DNA of 64,000 nucleotides from a virus (Duplodnaviria; Caudoviricetes), in IMG/VR virus record IMGVR_UViG_2974528084_000001, positions 13,355-77,354 of that record. One strand, given 5' to 3'. Position numbers and translations under genes: made by a program. This document shows positions 1-9,900 of this stretch, one piece after another. The notes below the pieces were generated by a model. The model ran no database searches, was not told where the DNA came from, and was given only the letters and a program-made list of their open reading frames with translations. Numbering within the stretch: the stretch's first letter is position 1; each line of letters begins with the position of its first letter.

Positions 1-31
1 GAATCAATTCAGCATCATTCTGGAGGAAGAC

Positions 32-628
32 ATGGGACCGACGCCCAACAACCCCAACCCGCCTGTTCCCAACGAACAGGGCGGCAGCGGGGATCAGAAC
101 AACAACGGTGGTGCGAGCAACCACAGCGCACCGACCCCCACCCCGGCCCCGGCTGCTCCGGCATTCTCGTTCAGCATCGGCGGCCAGCAGACCACCGACT
201 TCTCCGCCGTGCAGGCCCACATCACCAACATCGAGACCGAGAACAACTCGCTGAAGCAGTTCAAGCGGGAGTCGGTCGAGGCCGGCCGAGTCGCGTTCGT
301 CAATGGCCTCGTCAAGGCGAACAAGATCTCCGCCGCCGACGAAGACAAGTGGGTCGAGTACGCGAAGAAGCAGGACGACGAAGGCTTCGCGCAGTGGAAG
401 GCTCTCATGGAGGGCGTGCCCGCAATGCCGGTCACCAACCCCCAGGGTGCCGGGTTCTCGCAGAGCCACGACCAGACCCAGCAGACCGATGCCAAGACCG
501 AGCGCATCGACGTGCTCAAGTCCATCGTGTCGGCGCACCAGATGGGCAACCGCATGACGACCGCCCAGATCATGGAGCAGCCCTCGTACAAGGAGCTGCT
601 GCAGCTCGAGCCGTCCTTCACCCTCTAG
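32..628 (+). CDS. Capsid scaffolding protein (probable)
   Basis: GGAGG RBS. Low-complexity N-terminus then helical body. Lies just upstream of decoration and major capsid genes. Confidence 0.65.
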   Translation: MGPTPNNPNPPVPNEQGGSGDQNNNGGASNHSAPTPTPAPAAPAFSFSIGGQQTTDFSAVQAHITNIETENNSLKQFKRESVEAGRVAFVNGLVKANKISAADEDKWVEYAKKQDDEGFAQWKALMEGVPAMPVTNPQGAGFSQSHDQTQQTDAKTERIDVLKSIVSAHQMGNRMTTAQIMEQPSYKELLQLEPSFTL

Positions 629-664
629 GTTCGCGGCCACCCTCAACAAGAAGGAAGAAACACA

Positions 665-1135
665 ATGGCTGATTTCGTCAAGGGTCGCGAAGAGTACGCG
701 GTCCACGGCAAGCGCCAGATCCTCCGGCACGCTCACCCCGGCTCGTTCACGGTGGTCTCCAAGACCATCTCGCACGAGGCTTTCCCGGTGGCCGAGGACG
801 CGGACGGCAACCCCGACTACGTGCTGCAGGAGGGCGAGGTCCTCGTCAACCTGACCTCCGGCCCGCACGCGGGCAAGTGCGTTCCGTTCCAGCTGGACCC
901 GACGACGCCCTTCACCGACGGACGCTCGACCACCGCCAACCTGGTCGGCGTCTGCAAGGACTACTTCGGCTGGGAGCTCTCCGAGCGCGATGTCGAGGCG
1001 GGCGTTCTGGATCGGGGTCACCTGGTGCAGAACTGGTGCACCATCCGCGATGCAGATGGGAACCGGGTCACCCTGACCAACACGGTAGCCGACGCGCTCC
1101 GTAGCAAGAAGAACCTCGACATCCTCTTCTCGTAA
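665..1135 (+). CDS. Capsid decoration / head protein (lambda gpD-like position)
   Basis: 156 aa, beta-rich, between scaffold and major capsid. Strong GC3 bias. Confidence 0.6.
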   Translation: MADFVKGREEYAVHGKRQILRHAHPGSFTVVSKTISHEAFPVAEDADGNPDYVLQEGEVLVNLTSGPHAGKCVPFQLDPTTPFTDGRSTTANLVGVCKDYFGWELSERDVEAGVLDRGHLVQNWCTIRDADGNRVTLTNTVADALRSKKNLDILFS

Positions 1136-1147
1136 GGAGACGAACAA

Positions 1148-2347
1148 GTGACCGCATCACTGGGCATGTTCAACAAGCCCCAGCCCAACGCCTACGGCGC
1201 GCAGCCGCTGGACAAGCTCATCCGCAAGGAGGTGGCGCTCGGCGTCATCAAGGAGATTGTCAAGCCCGAGGATCACCTCGGCCTGACCCTCTTCCCCTTC
1301 AAGGACGTGCCGACCGACGACTACATCTTCTCGTATGTCAAGGGTCTGACCACCGGCCTGGCCCCCGCCATCGCCGAGTCGGCCGAGTCGGAACTGGCCC
1401 AGAAGGACAGCGGCCTGGCCAACCAGGGCCGCGCGTCGATCATCGACTGGCGCCTCAAGGATCACTACGACGCCGCCGACGTGCAGCGTTTCCTGGACCT
1501 GCAGCTCCTGGCTGAGGCCAACCAGTTCGGACCCTACGGTCTGCCGAACACCCTGATGGGTGACATCAACCAGCTGCCGCAGCGGATGCAGCGCGACACC
1601 GAAGAGCGTCGCCGCCGCCTCGACAACCGAGCCGAGTGGCTCATCATGCAGTCGCTGTCCAACGGCGGCATCGCTTACAACGACGGGAACATCAAGTTCT
1701 CCGTCGACTGGAAGCGTCCGGTCGACCAGCAGGCGCAGGCCCCGTCCTCGGGCACCTACGCCTCGACCACCCACGATCCCATCGGTGACATCAACAAGAT
1801 CAAGCGACTGATCTACAACCGCTACGGCGTCCTGATCACTCGCGCGATCTGCTCGAACAAGTTCCTGTTGAGCCTCATCAACTCGGACAAGTTCATCCTC
1901 CGTGCAGGACTGGGAACCGCAGCGAACTCGGGCATCGGTCAATCGGACATCCCCTACCTGATCAACGGCTGGGGTCCGCAGGTTGCCATCGACATCGTCG
2001 AGCAGCAGACCGGCATCAAGTTCATCGAGTACGATTCGGGCTACCGCAGCAAGCCAGACTTTGCTCAGGGGCCGGTGACCTTCAACCGGTACCTGCCCGA
2101 GACGCGCGTCATCTTCATGCCGGACGACAACGCGATGGCCGAGTACGACTCCTCGGACATCGGCCTCGGCAAGATGCTGACCAGCCCGCACAGCATGGGC
2201 AACGGGTCCGCAGGGTTCTACATGTGGGAGCAGGACACCACGGACCCCTGGGGCAAGAACGTGGGCACCGGGATCAAGATGTTCCCGCTGTTCCCGCACA
2301 TGGAGCTCACGTACACAATGGACGTGACCCTCCCCGCCGATCTCTGA
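1148..2347 (+). CDS. Major capsid protein (HK97 fold, Phage_cap_E-like)
   Basis: 399 aa, GTG start after AAGGAG. Pattern RLDNRAEWLIMQSL...IKFSVDW...HDPIGDI typical of gpE-like capsids. Strongest codon bias in the window. Confidence 0.85.
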   Translation: MTASLGMFNKPQPNAYGAQPLDKLIRKEVALGVIKEIVKPEDHLGLTLFPFKDVPTDDYIFSYVKGLTTGLAPAIAESAESELAQKDSGLANQGRASIIDWRLKDHYDAADVQRFLDLQLLAEANQFGPYGLPNTLMGDINQLPQRMQRDTEERRRRLDNRAEWLIMQSLSNGGIAYNDGNIKFSVDWKRPVDQQAQAPSSGTYASTTHDPIGDINKIKRLIYNRYGVLITRAICSNKFLLSLINSDKFILRAGLGTAANSGIGQSDIPYLINGWGPQVAIDIVEQQTGIKFIEYDSGYRSKPDFAQGPVTFNRYLPETRVIFMPDDNAMAEYDSSDIGLGKMLTSPHSMGNGSAGFYMWEQDTTDPWGKNVGTGIKMFPLFPHMELTYTMDVTLPADL

Positions 2348-2365
2348 TCGAAAGGAGTTAGCGAC

Positions 2366-2560
2366 ATGGCCTCGAAGAGCACCGTCGTCGTGAAGAAGAA
2401 GGGCGCCCGAGGTGGCGTCAACCCCGGCACTGCGGGCACCGGGGCAGGCCTCCTGCCCTACGGCGCGCAGACCGGTGGACAGTCCAGCGCCGATCCGGTC
2501 AAGTCGGTGAAGGCAACGCAGGACAAGAACCGCCGGGCCATCGGGTACGGCGAGCGCTGA
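2366..2560 (+). CDS. Small basic Gly-rich protein
   Basis: AAGGAG RBS, 64 aa, follows the capsid gene. Confidence 0.65.
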   Translation: MASKSTVVVKKKGARGGVNPGTAGTGAGLLPYGAQTGGQSSADPVKSVKATQDKNRRAIGYGER

Positions 2561-2566
2561 CAGACT

Positions 2567-2609
2567 CTACGCCGACCGAGTGGCCTTCCCTAGCACTCGG
2601 TCGGCGTAG
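2567..2609 (+). terminator. 16-bp perfect stem-loop, probable intrinsic terminator/attenuator
   Basis: CTACGCCGACCGAGTG / CACTCGGTCGGCGTAG, 11-nt loop, intergenic, no U-tract. Confidence 0.65.
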
Positions 2610-2632
2610 TCTCGCATCCGCAAAGGAGAATC

Positions 2633-2950
2633 ATGGCAGAGAACACCGAGGCTTCGGTCAAGGCCGAAGCCGACGACAACAAGCCGATCGGCCGTCCCGA
2701 CTCGCCGAACGCCGAAGAGCCCGCCAACGAGGTAGACGCCATCGTCTACTCGGACGAGGAGCGCGAGGACTACGAGCGCTTCGGGGCAACTCCGCCGCCC
2801 GAGCATCCGAACTTCGGAGCTACGTACTTCGACAACAAGTCGGAGGACGAGGACTCGGACGAGGGAAAGAAGAAGGAAGAGCCGAAGCAGTCCACGCCGT
2901 CGAGCCCGACTGCGCCGCCTGCTCCGCCCGCTCCGAGCGCAAAGGCCTGA
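2633..2950 (+). CDS. Acidic Pro-rich low-complexity protein
   Basis: AAGGAG RBS, 105 aa, in the head-tail region. Confidence 0.65.
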   Translation: MAENTEASVKAEADDNKPIGRPDSPNAEEPANEVDAIVYSDEEREDYERFGATPPPEHPNFGATYFDNKSEDEDSDEGKKKEEPKQSTPSSPTAPPAPPAPSAKA

Positions 2951-2957
2951 TACAGAA

Positions 2958-3476
2958 ATGCCGGCAAACCGCCCCGTGTACTGCACGACAGCGTCTATCC
3001 AGACTCACGTGCAGAATATCAAGCTGCCTCAGGGTGCTACCTGGGACAGCTTGGCCGAGACCGCTTCCAACGAGGTGGACTCGAATCTCGGTGTGCGGTA
3101 CGTCACTCCATTTCAGGTCTCGCCCAGTGATCCAGCTCAGCGCGCCGCCGCCTTCTGGTTGCAGAACGTAACCAGTATGATTGCGGCGGCGCGCCTGATG
3201 CTGTCGATCTCGGCGCCCGGTTCGCAAGACAACGCAAACAGCTACGGTCAGTACTTGCTGCAGAATGCAACGCGACTGATGAACGATGTCATCAGCGGCA
3301 AGGTTGATCTCGCAGGAGTAGAAGAGATCGGAGCGAATGACTCCGTCATTCAGGGTCCGACGATTCTAAATGAAGACGCATTCTCTCAGGTCGATGTCTT
3401 CTATGACAACTTCGCACCAGAGGGAATCATGCCCGGCCTTCGGCCCCGCGAGAAGGGTACGCCGTGGCCGAGATAG
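2958..3476 (+). CDS. Head-to-tail adaptor (probable)
   Basis: 172 aa starting with a YCT motif. Helical adaptor-like pattern. Position after capsid. Confidence 0.6.
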   Translation: MPANRPVYCTTASIQTHVQNIKLPQGATWDSLAETASNEVDSNLGVRYVTPFQVSPSDPAQRAAAFWLQNVTSMIAAARLMLSISAPGSQDNANSYGQYLLQNATRLMNDVISGKVDLAGVEEIGANDSVIQGPTILNEDAFSQVDVFYDNFAPEGIMPGLRPREKGTPWPR

Positions 3477-3961
3477 TTCTCGAGACGATCGTTGACGTAA
3501 GCCGTCCGACTCTCAGAATCAAGGCTTACCAGGACAGGGTAGAGGGCGCATCCCTTGCTGCATTCATGCAGGGATTCGCAGCCCCACTCCTCCAGGACCG
3601 TGCACATGACCGCTTCGAAGGTGAAGGCGATTCGGCGTCGGGGAAGTGGAAGCCACTGCAGCCCTCGACCATCGCCCGCCGTGAGAAGGCTGGGCAGGTG
3701 CCAATCAAGATCAACGACAGGACCGGCACCATGCGGGCCTGGGTGGAGAGCGCGCAGGGTAGGATCACCGCCGTCAAGTATGCGGCAGTGCTTGAGTGGC
3801 CAGGCACTCCGTCCAACCGGACGATCGGCAAGAAGCTCAAGGTTGCGCAGATGGGCTTGCCTACTCCGTACACGCCGCCTCGTCCTGTAGTGGCAATCGA
3901 GGGTGAGGACTTGCTAACCATCCTCGTCGCAATGGAGAACTGGATTGGAGCAGTGCCGTGA
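3464..3961 (+). CDS. Tail completion / virion morphogenesis protein (Mu gpG-like)
   Basis: FEGEG...GKWKPLQPSTIARR...INDRTGTMR pattern typical of this family. Confidence 0.65.
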   Translation: MAEIVLETIVDVSRPTLRIKAYQDRVEGASLAAFMQGFAAPLLQDRAHDRFEGEGDSASGKWKPLQPSTIARREKAGQVPIKINDRTGTMRAWVESAQGRITAVKYAAVLEWPGTPSNRTIGKKLKVAQMGLPTPYTPPRPVVAIEGEDLLTILVAMENWIGAVP

Positions 3962-4443
3962 TCGAGAGTCCCGGCGATACTTTCTTTCCGTACAACGCGA
4001 TCGAGGCTCTCGAGAATGGAACTCGAGCCTACATCGACCCGACGCTGACGTTCGAGCGTCGCAGACTTCTGGTGACGGACCCCAATGACACTGTTGGCAT
4101 TGTTCCAATCAGTTGGAATCCGGCAGCAGGAGAGATCGGAAGGGTTGAATCTTCGATCCAGCTTTACACGATCTACATTCAGACGTTGATCGTTGATCCC
4201 GACGAGGCACGAGGACTGCAGACGCACTCCTACTTCGCGAAGCGCATGAGGGAAATGCTTGTGCGCAACCCGGTCCTTCGTGTAGCGTTGGGGAAACTCG
4301 AGACGGTTGACCCGGCGGGCGTGAAAGAAAAGACTTCAAACGTCACTGTTGGCGAGCAAGTCTTCCACAACCAGGAGACCGACGGTAACTGGCGGTACCT
4401 GAGTACGCTTGAGCTTCGGCTCGAAACCCAGATCAGTAACTAG
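3958..4443 (+). CDS. Tail terminator (probable)
   Basis: 161 aa, GTGA-coupled, two genes upstream of the major tail gene. Confidence 0.5.
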   Translation: MIESPGDTFFPYNAIEALENGTRAYIDPTLTFERRRLLVTDPNDTVGIVPISWNPAAGEIGRVESSIQLYTIYIQTLIVDPDEARGLQTHSYFAKRMREMLVRNPVLRVALGKLETVDPAGVKEKTSNVTVGEQVFHNQETDGNWRYLSTLELRLETQISN

Positions 4444-4456
4444 TAAGGGAGTTGTA

Positions 4457-4807
4457 ATGGCTGAAGCGCCAACCCCCGAAGAGCTCGCCGCCAAGCGCCG
4501 CGAGCTCCAGGAGCTGCGGCAGCAGAACGCTGACACGCAGTCCGGTCGGGACCAGAAGGCTGCCGAGGAGCGTCGTCGTCGTGAGTACGAGGCGATCCAG
4601 GCGGACATCAACTACGAACTCCAGGCCCAGGCGATCCTCGAAGGCAAGCCGCTGCCGGACTTCAACGAGCCGCCCACCAACGAGCCACCGGACACCGCGA
4701 GCGTCCCGGCCAACACCGACCAGACCCCCGATCAGTCGGCACCTCAGACGCCGACTCCTCCGCAGGTCAACCTCGGCGGGGACGACGACAACCAGGAAGG
4801 GGCGTAA
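4457..4807 (+). CDS. Hypothetical coiled-coil / acidic Pro-rich protein
   Basis: ATG at 4457 after AAGGGAG. The ORF-track start at 4409 is less likely. Confidence 0.6.
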   Translation: MAEAPTPEELAAKRRELQELRQQNADTQSGRDQKAAEERRRREYEAIQADINYELQAQAILEGKPLPDFNEPPTNEPPDTASVPANTDQTPDQSAPQTPTPPQVNLGGDDDNQEGA

Positions 4808-4810
4808 GTC

Positions 4811-5830
4811 ATGGGCGTCAGTTCACAGCAGGGCGTCTTCGGGCTGAAGACCCAGACCTCTCGTGGCGTCGCTGCCACCAATATCGGGACCACCGGCCTC
4901 GCGATGTATCGCACCGGCGGCTCGATGACTCCGAACCGGGAACTCATGATCCCGGACGCAGAGATCGGCGGCGGTCGCGACGTGCCCGACGCGCTGCTCG
5001 GACCCATCTCGTTCGGCGGCGACATCGAGTACTACACCCGATTCAACTCCATCGGCATCCTGTTGAAGGCCGCCCTCGGTGCCCCGGTCAGTGCAGCGGG
5101 CACTGCCACCGGCACCAACGTGCATACCTTCACTCCGACGGATGCAACCACGCTTCCGTTCCTGACGGTGTACGAGCGCATCGGTGCAGACCTCGAGCGC
5201 ATTCTGTACACTGATGTCGTGGTGAACACCCTGCACCTCGAGTCGGATGCCGACGGCTACCTCACCGGCACCGCAGGTCTCATCGCCTGCCGTGGCCTGT
5301 TCGGCACCCCGGACGTGGACGTCTCGGACGTGCTCGACGAGACCACGATCACGGTCGGCACGAACATCCAGGTGCTCTACGACGGCGCGAACATCAAGCC
5401 GAAGTCGTTCAGCATCGACATCAACAACAACTTCGAGGACGACGACTTCCGTCTCGGCTCCTTCTACCTGGAGGACCTCACCCCGAAGCGCCGCGAGGTC
5501 AACGGGTCGCTCACCCTGCGGCACGAGACCAAGGACCTCATGCGGCAGGCCCTGCTCGGCTCGTCCTCGGCCACCCTGGCCGGCGGTCTCACCACCAAGA
5601 AGCCGATCGAGATTCAGATCGACACCTACGGTGAGATCGAGGGATCGGCTCCGGCCACCCCGTACTCGCTGAACCTGGAGTTCGGCAAGACGGTGTTCGA
5701 GCCCTTCGGGTTCGAGCCCTCGGGCGATGACATCCTGGAGTCGGATGTCACCTTCCAGGCCCTGCGCCCGGTCGCCACCGATCCGGTGATGACTGCGACC
5801 CTGACCAACGGGCTCGCAGCCATCCCGTAA
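4811..5830 (+). CDS. Major tail (tube) protein
   Basis: 339 aa beta-rich with HTFTP and REVNGSLTL patterns. Upstream of chaperones and tape measure. Confidence 0.85.
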   Translation: MGVSSQQGVFGLKTQTSRGVAATNIGTTGLAMYRTGGSMTPNRELMIPDAEIGGGRDVPDALLGPISFGGDIEYYTRFNSIGILLKAALGAPVSAAGTATGTNVHTFTPTDATTLPFLTVYERIGADLERILYTDVVVNTLHLESDADGYLTGTAGLIACRGLFGTPDVDVSDVLDETTITVGTNIQVLYDGANIKPKSFSIDINNNFEDDDFRLGSFYLEDLTPKRREVNGSLTLRHETKDLMRQALLGSSSATLAGGLTTKKPIEIQIDTYGEIEGSAPATPYSLNLEFGKTVFEPFGFEPSGDDILESDVTFQALRPVATDPVMTATLTNGLAAIP

Positions 5831-5856
5831 GCACCCCGGTTACCTCCTGGGGGAAC

Positions 5857-5902
5857 CAGGCTCCCGCATCGAGACCGGCGAACCTCTCGGTGCGGGAGCC
5901 TG
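5857..5902 (+). terminator. 18-bp stem-loop after major tail gene
   Basis: CAGGCTCCCGCATCGAGA / TCTCGGTGCGGGAGCCTG (one G-U pair). Ends 4 nt before the tRNA. Confidence 0.6.
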
Positions 5903-5906
5903 TCCA

Positions 5907-5980
5907 TGATCCATAGCTCAATTCGGCAGAGCGCCCGACTGTTAATCGGGTGGTTGTAGGTTCAAGTCCTACTGGGTCAG
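5907..5980 (+). tRNA. trnN: tRNA-Asn (anticodon GTT), CCA not encoded
   Basis: Acceptor TGATCCA/TGGGTCA, D-arm GCTC/GAGC, anticodon arm CCCGA-CTGTTAA-TCGGG, T-arm GTAGG-TTCAAGT-CCTAC, discriminator G. Confidence 0.95.
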
Positions 5981-6020
5981 CGCAGTACAGATGTCAACTA
6001 AGACCAGTGAAAGGGTCACC

Positions 6021-6614
6021 ATGACACACGCAGGAATCCCGACCGCCACGCAGGACACCAGCGACTTCGACGGTCGCCCCGAGGTGGAGCGCGCCAATGC
6101 GGCAGCCGTCGCCGCCGGGGAGAAGATCGAGGAGAAGCAGTTCGTCGATTACTTCGCCGCGCCCCTTCCGCAGCGCTGGTACCTGCCCGATGGCGTCCAG
6201 TACTTCGAGTTCCAGGAACTCCGCGAGGGTGGCAAGTCGGCTTACGAGAAGCTGACCAACAAGGACATCCGCGTCCAGCGCTCCACCGGCGACGCGCGCC
6301 TGTCGGTCGATCCGGCGATCCAGCGCCAGTCACTGATCCGCCTGTCGGTCACCGATGTGTACCTCCTACAGAAGGACTCGGGCGGGCAGCCGCAGCCCAT
6401 GCCCTTCAACAAGGAGCGACCCGGCAAGTTCTGGGAGAACCTGTTCACGTTCTTCCCCGCCGCCCTCATCGACAAGCTCCACCGCGAGATCGTCGACATC
6501 AACGCCTGGCTCGCCGCCGACGACGATGTCGATGCACTCAAGGAGGAGCGCGAGCGTCTCGATGAGCGCATCGCCAAGGCCGAAGAGGAGCAGGCAAAAA
6601 AGCTCTCCTTGTAG
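6021..6614 (+). CDS. Tail assembly chaperone, short form (gpG-like)
   Basis: Between major tail and tape measure. ATG 6021 has a GAAAGGG RBS (5991 is an alternative start). Ends just after a slippery site. Confidence 0.85.
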   Translation: MTHAGIPTATQDTSDFDGRPEVERANAAAVAAGEKIEEKQFVDYFAAPLPQRWYLPDGVQYFEFQELREGGKSAYEKLTNKDIRVQRSTGDARLSVDPAIQRQSLIRLSVTDVYLLQKDSGGQPQPMPFNKERPGKFWENLFTFFPAALIDKLHREIVDINAWLAADDDVDALKEERERLDERIAKAEEEQAKKLSL

Positions 6615-6889
6615 AACAGGCCGCCGACTTCGTCAAGGGAAATCGGATAGCCAACCCTCACCCCGCCCTGCTTATCTACGGCAGACTCGAGGCGATGAAG
6701 TGGTCGATACCCTACACGCCAGGTGGGCTTGAGGATCAGAGCGTGATGCTGCTGAGATGCTTCGATGTCATTAACCGCGTCAAGGCAGAGCACGAGCGAC
6801 AAGAACAAAAGAAACGCGAACAGGAATCCAAGTCGAAACGACCCAACCCAAGGGGCGGGTCTCGACCAACGGGCCGTCGCAAGAAGTAA
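6021..6889 (+). CDS. Tail assembly chaperone, long form (gpGT-like) by -1 frameshift
   Basis: A-AAA-AAG at 6596-6602. The -1 frame is open from the slip to TAA at 6889 and contains the track ORF 6695-6889. Confidence 0.85.
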
Positions 6890-6926
6890 CAACGAGGGCG
6901 GTGCTTGCGGGCACCGCCCTCGTTGT
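6889..6926 (+). terminator. 16-bp perfect stem-loop between chaperone and tape measure
   Basis: ACAACGAGGGCGGTGC / GCACCGCCCTCGTTGT, loop TTGCGG. Confidence 0.6.
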
Positions 6927-6933
6927 GTATTAT
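6905..6933 (+). promoter_or_regulatory. Candidate SigA-like promoter for tape measure
   Basis: TTGCGG-N17-TATTAT. The -35 is the loop of the hairpin. Confidence 0.4.
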
Positions 6934-6994
6934 GATCAGCACTCAACGGGCACACGAGGCCCATACTATTGGACCTCGAAGTCTGGAGTAAGCG

Positions 6995-9900
6995 TTGAAC
7001 ACGACTGCGGCGAATATCCTCGTCACCGCACAGGCCCGCCAGGCTCAGGCAGTTCTGGCTCGCGCACAGGCTGCGCTTCGGGGTCTGCAGTCTACCGCAC
7101 AAGGTGCGAACGCTGCCCAGGCTACCGCCGCGAACGCTGCTGCAAAGCAGATCGACGCGGCCGAGGCACGCAAGGCTTCGGCGGCTGCCAAGGCATCTCT
7201 GGCAATTGAACAGGCGAATCTTCGCCAGATCAAATCTGAACAAGCGGCGTCTGTAGCCGCGGCCAGATCGGCAGCCGCCATATCTCTCTCTCAAACAAAG
7301 GCGGCCGGTGCCGCCGAAGCGTCCGCCGCCAAGCAGGCGGCAGCGGCAGCGAAGATGTCGGCGGCAATGGAGCTCTCCGCCATGAAGCAGCAGGCTGCTA
7401 TGGCGCAGCTCACGCTGGTTCAAATGCGTCAGCTCGCGCAGATGGAAGCGGCCTCGGCTCGTCAGATCGCCGCCGACAACCGCGCCGCGATGTCTGCAGC
7501 CAAGTCCGCTGCGCAGCAGGCTGCCGCACGCGAGTCGCTCACCATCGCTACACTCCGTGCAGTCGCCCGCGAAGAGGCTGCATCGGCACGCAAGATCGCT
7601 GCCGATGCACGGGCTGCACTGCAGGCACAGGTGCTGGCGAATGCCGAGACCGGCAATCAGAATCGAGTAGTCACCGCCCGCCTTCGCGCCGCAGCGCAGA
7701 CCGCGTCTGCCAACGCAGCGAAGATCAACTCGGACAACGGCGCTGCCATCGCTGCCGAGGTTGCCGCCAACCGCGAGATGAGGGCAGCTCGCGAGGCTTC
7801 GCTCGCCGACATGGATCGCGCCATGAAGGCGCAGGCTGCGAACGCACGTAAGGCGGCATCGGACGCGCAGGCTGCAGTTAACGCGCAGGCAAACGCGATC
7901 AAGGAAGCTGCGGCAATGTCTGTCGCCGACACCGCGCGCATCAAGAGTGCCGCAGTAGCCGCAGCCGAGAACGCACGTAAGATTGCATCAGACGCCGCCG
8001 TGGCAAACACGGCGGCTATGACCGCTGGCCGCGAGTCGGTTGCGAACGCGCAGGCCGCTGCATCCGCCCGCATCGGCGCGCAGCAGAAGGTTGTCGCTGA
8101 CGCACAGGCCAACGCCTCGCGAATGAATGCAGCAGCCGTTGCCGCCGCCGAGGCTTCGAAGATCGCTGCCGCCGAGGCGCGCGCCGCCGCCGCAGCCGAG
8201 AAGGCTGCTATCCAGATCACCGCCGCCAAGCAGCGCGAGATCGCAGCGAACTCTGCGGCTACCGCATCCAACCGCTCCTGGTCGGCGAGCATGACGGCCT
8301 CCGGTTCTCGTATGCAGTGGATCGGTCGCCAGCTGTCGCAGAACTTCACGGCACCGATGCTGCTCGCTACGGGCATTGGCGTCAAGTTCGGGCTGGACAT
8401 GGAGAAGTCCATGACCCGGCTCGAGAAGGTGTACGCCGACCAGGCGCTCATCCGCGAGGCGGAAGCCAAGGGGATCAACCTCGTCAAGAATGAGACCGAG
8501 GCTCTCGAGAAGGCGTTCATTGCACTCTCGAACAAGTACGGAGTGCAGGCCGACGAGGTTGCCAACGTCGCTGCCGAGTGGGCTGCGGCTGGCGCATCGG
8601 GCAAGGCGCTGGCAACCCAGACTGACCTGACAATGAAGACGATGGTCCTTGGTGAGATGGATGCCGAGGAAGCCACCAAGGCTCTCATCGCAATTCAGGC
8701 ACAGTGGGGCGCTGTCACCGAGACCAACCTGGATCAGCAGAACAAACTCTCTCTCGGCACCTCTGGTCTAGCCAACGATCAGCTCAGCCTTACCTCGATT
8801 CTCCGACAGCTCAACGCAGTGGAGAACGAGACCGGCACCACAATGAATGACCTCGTCGTTGCGTTCTCTCGCGCATCGGGTGTCGCTCGAAGTGCCGGCT
8901 TTGATACGGCCCACCTTGCTGCCGCCGTTGCTGCACTCGTTCCCGCCGCAGGCAGTGCGGCCGAAGCAGGTAACGCACTCAAGACAATCATCAGCCGTAC
9001 TCTGACGCCTACTCGTGAGGCTTCTCAGATCATGGAGCTGATGCAGATACAGACCGAAAAGGCCGCATGGCAGAGCATGAACGCTGGCCAGCGTCTCGAG
9101 GAACTGGCTAAGCGATTCGGCACATTGACCGGCGCACAGAAGGCGCAGGTTGCTGCGTCTCTCGGTTCGCGCTACCAGGTTAACAAGCTCGAGGTTCTGT
9201 TCTCCTCGATCGCAAACAAGGCCGGCTACTACCACAAGGCTTTGGAGAAGCTCGCCAACGAAGCCGACGTGGTGAAGATCGCCGAGGACGAGCTCAACAC
9301 CGTCCTCGAGTCGCAGCCTCAGATGCTCAAGCAGGCTGGCGTCATCATTCAGAATAGTCTCATGAAGACTATGGTTCCTCTGATTCCGGTTGTCATTCAG
9401 ATAACCCAGTGGATCGGCAAGGCGTTTGATGCCTTTGCTAATCTGCCGACCGGCGTGCGAACCACCCTTATTGGACTCGGACTGTTCCTTGCGACAGTCG
9501 GTCCCATCATCATCTTCCTGGGAATCTTTAAGCTGGCACTCGGTCAGCTCACTCCAGTGTTCTTGATGCTCGCTCGGGCGATGCTGTTCCCAATCACTAT
9601 CTTCGGCAAGTTCGGCGCATTGCTGCTGAAACCGATAATGGGTCTCGCGAAGCTGCGCGCTGCACTTGCACTGACTGCGCGTGCGTTTGCCCTGATCCCA
9701 GCCGCAGCCGTACTCATGACGCGGATCGTTTCGTTCGCCCTCATGGGAATGCAGGCCACAGTCGTAGTCGGCATGGCGGGACTGCGTGCATCATGGACTG
9801 CAGCCTGGGTCGCAATGGTCGCAGTCCAGACTGTATCTGGCGTCGCAATGACCACGACCCAGAAGGTCATGTTCATGGTGATGCTCACCGCACAGAAAGT

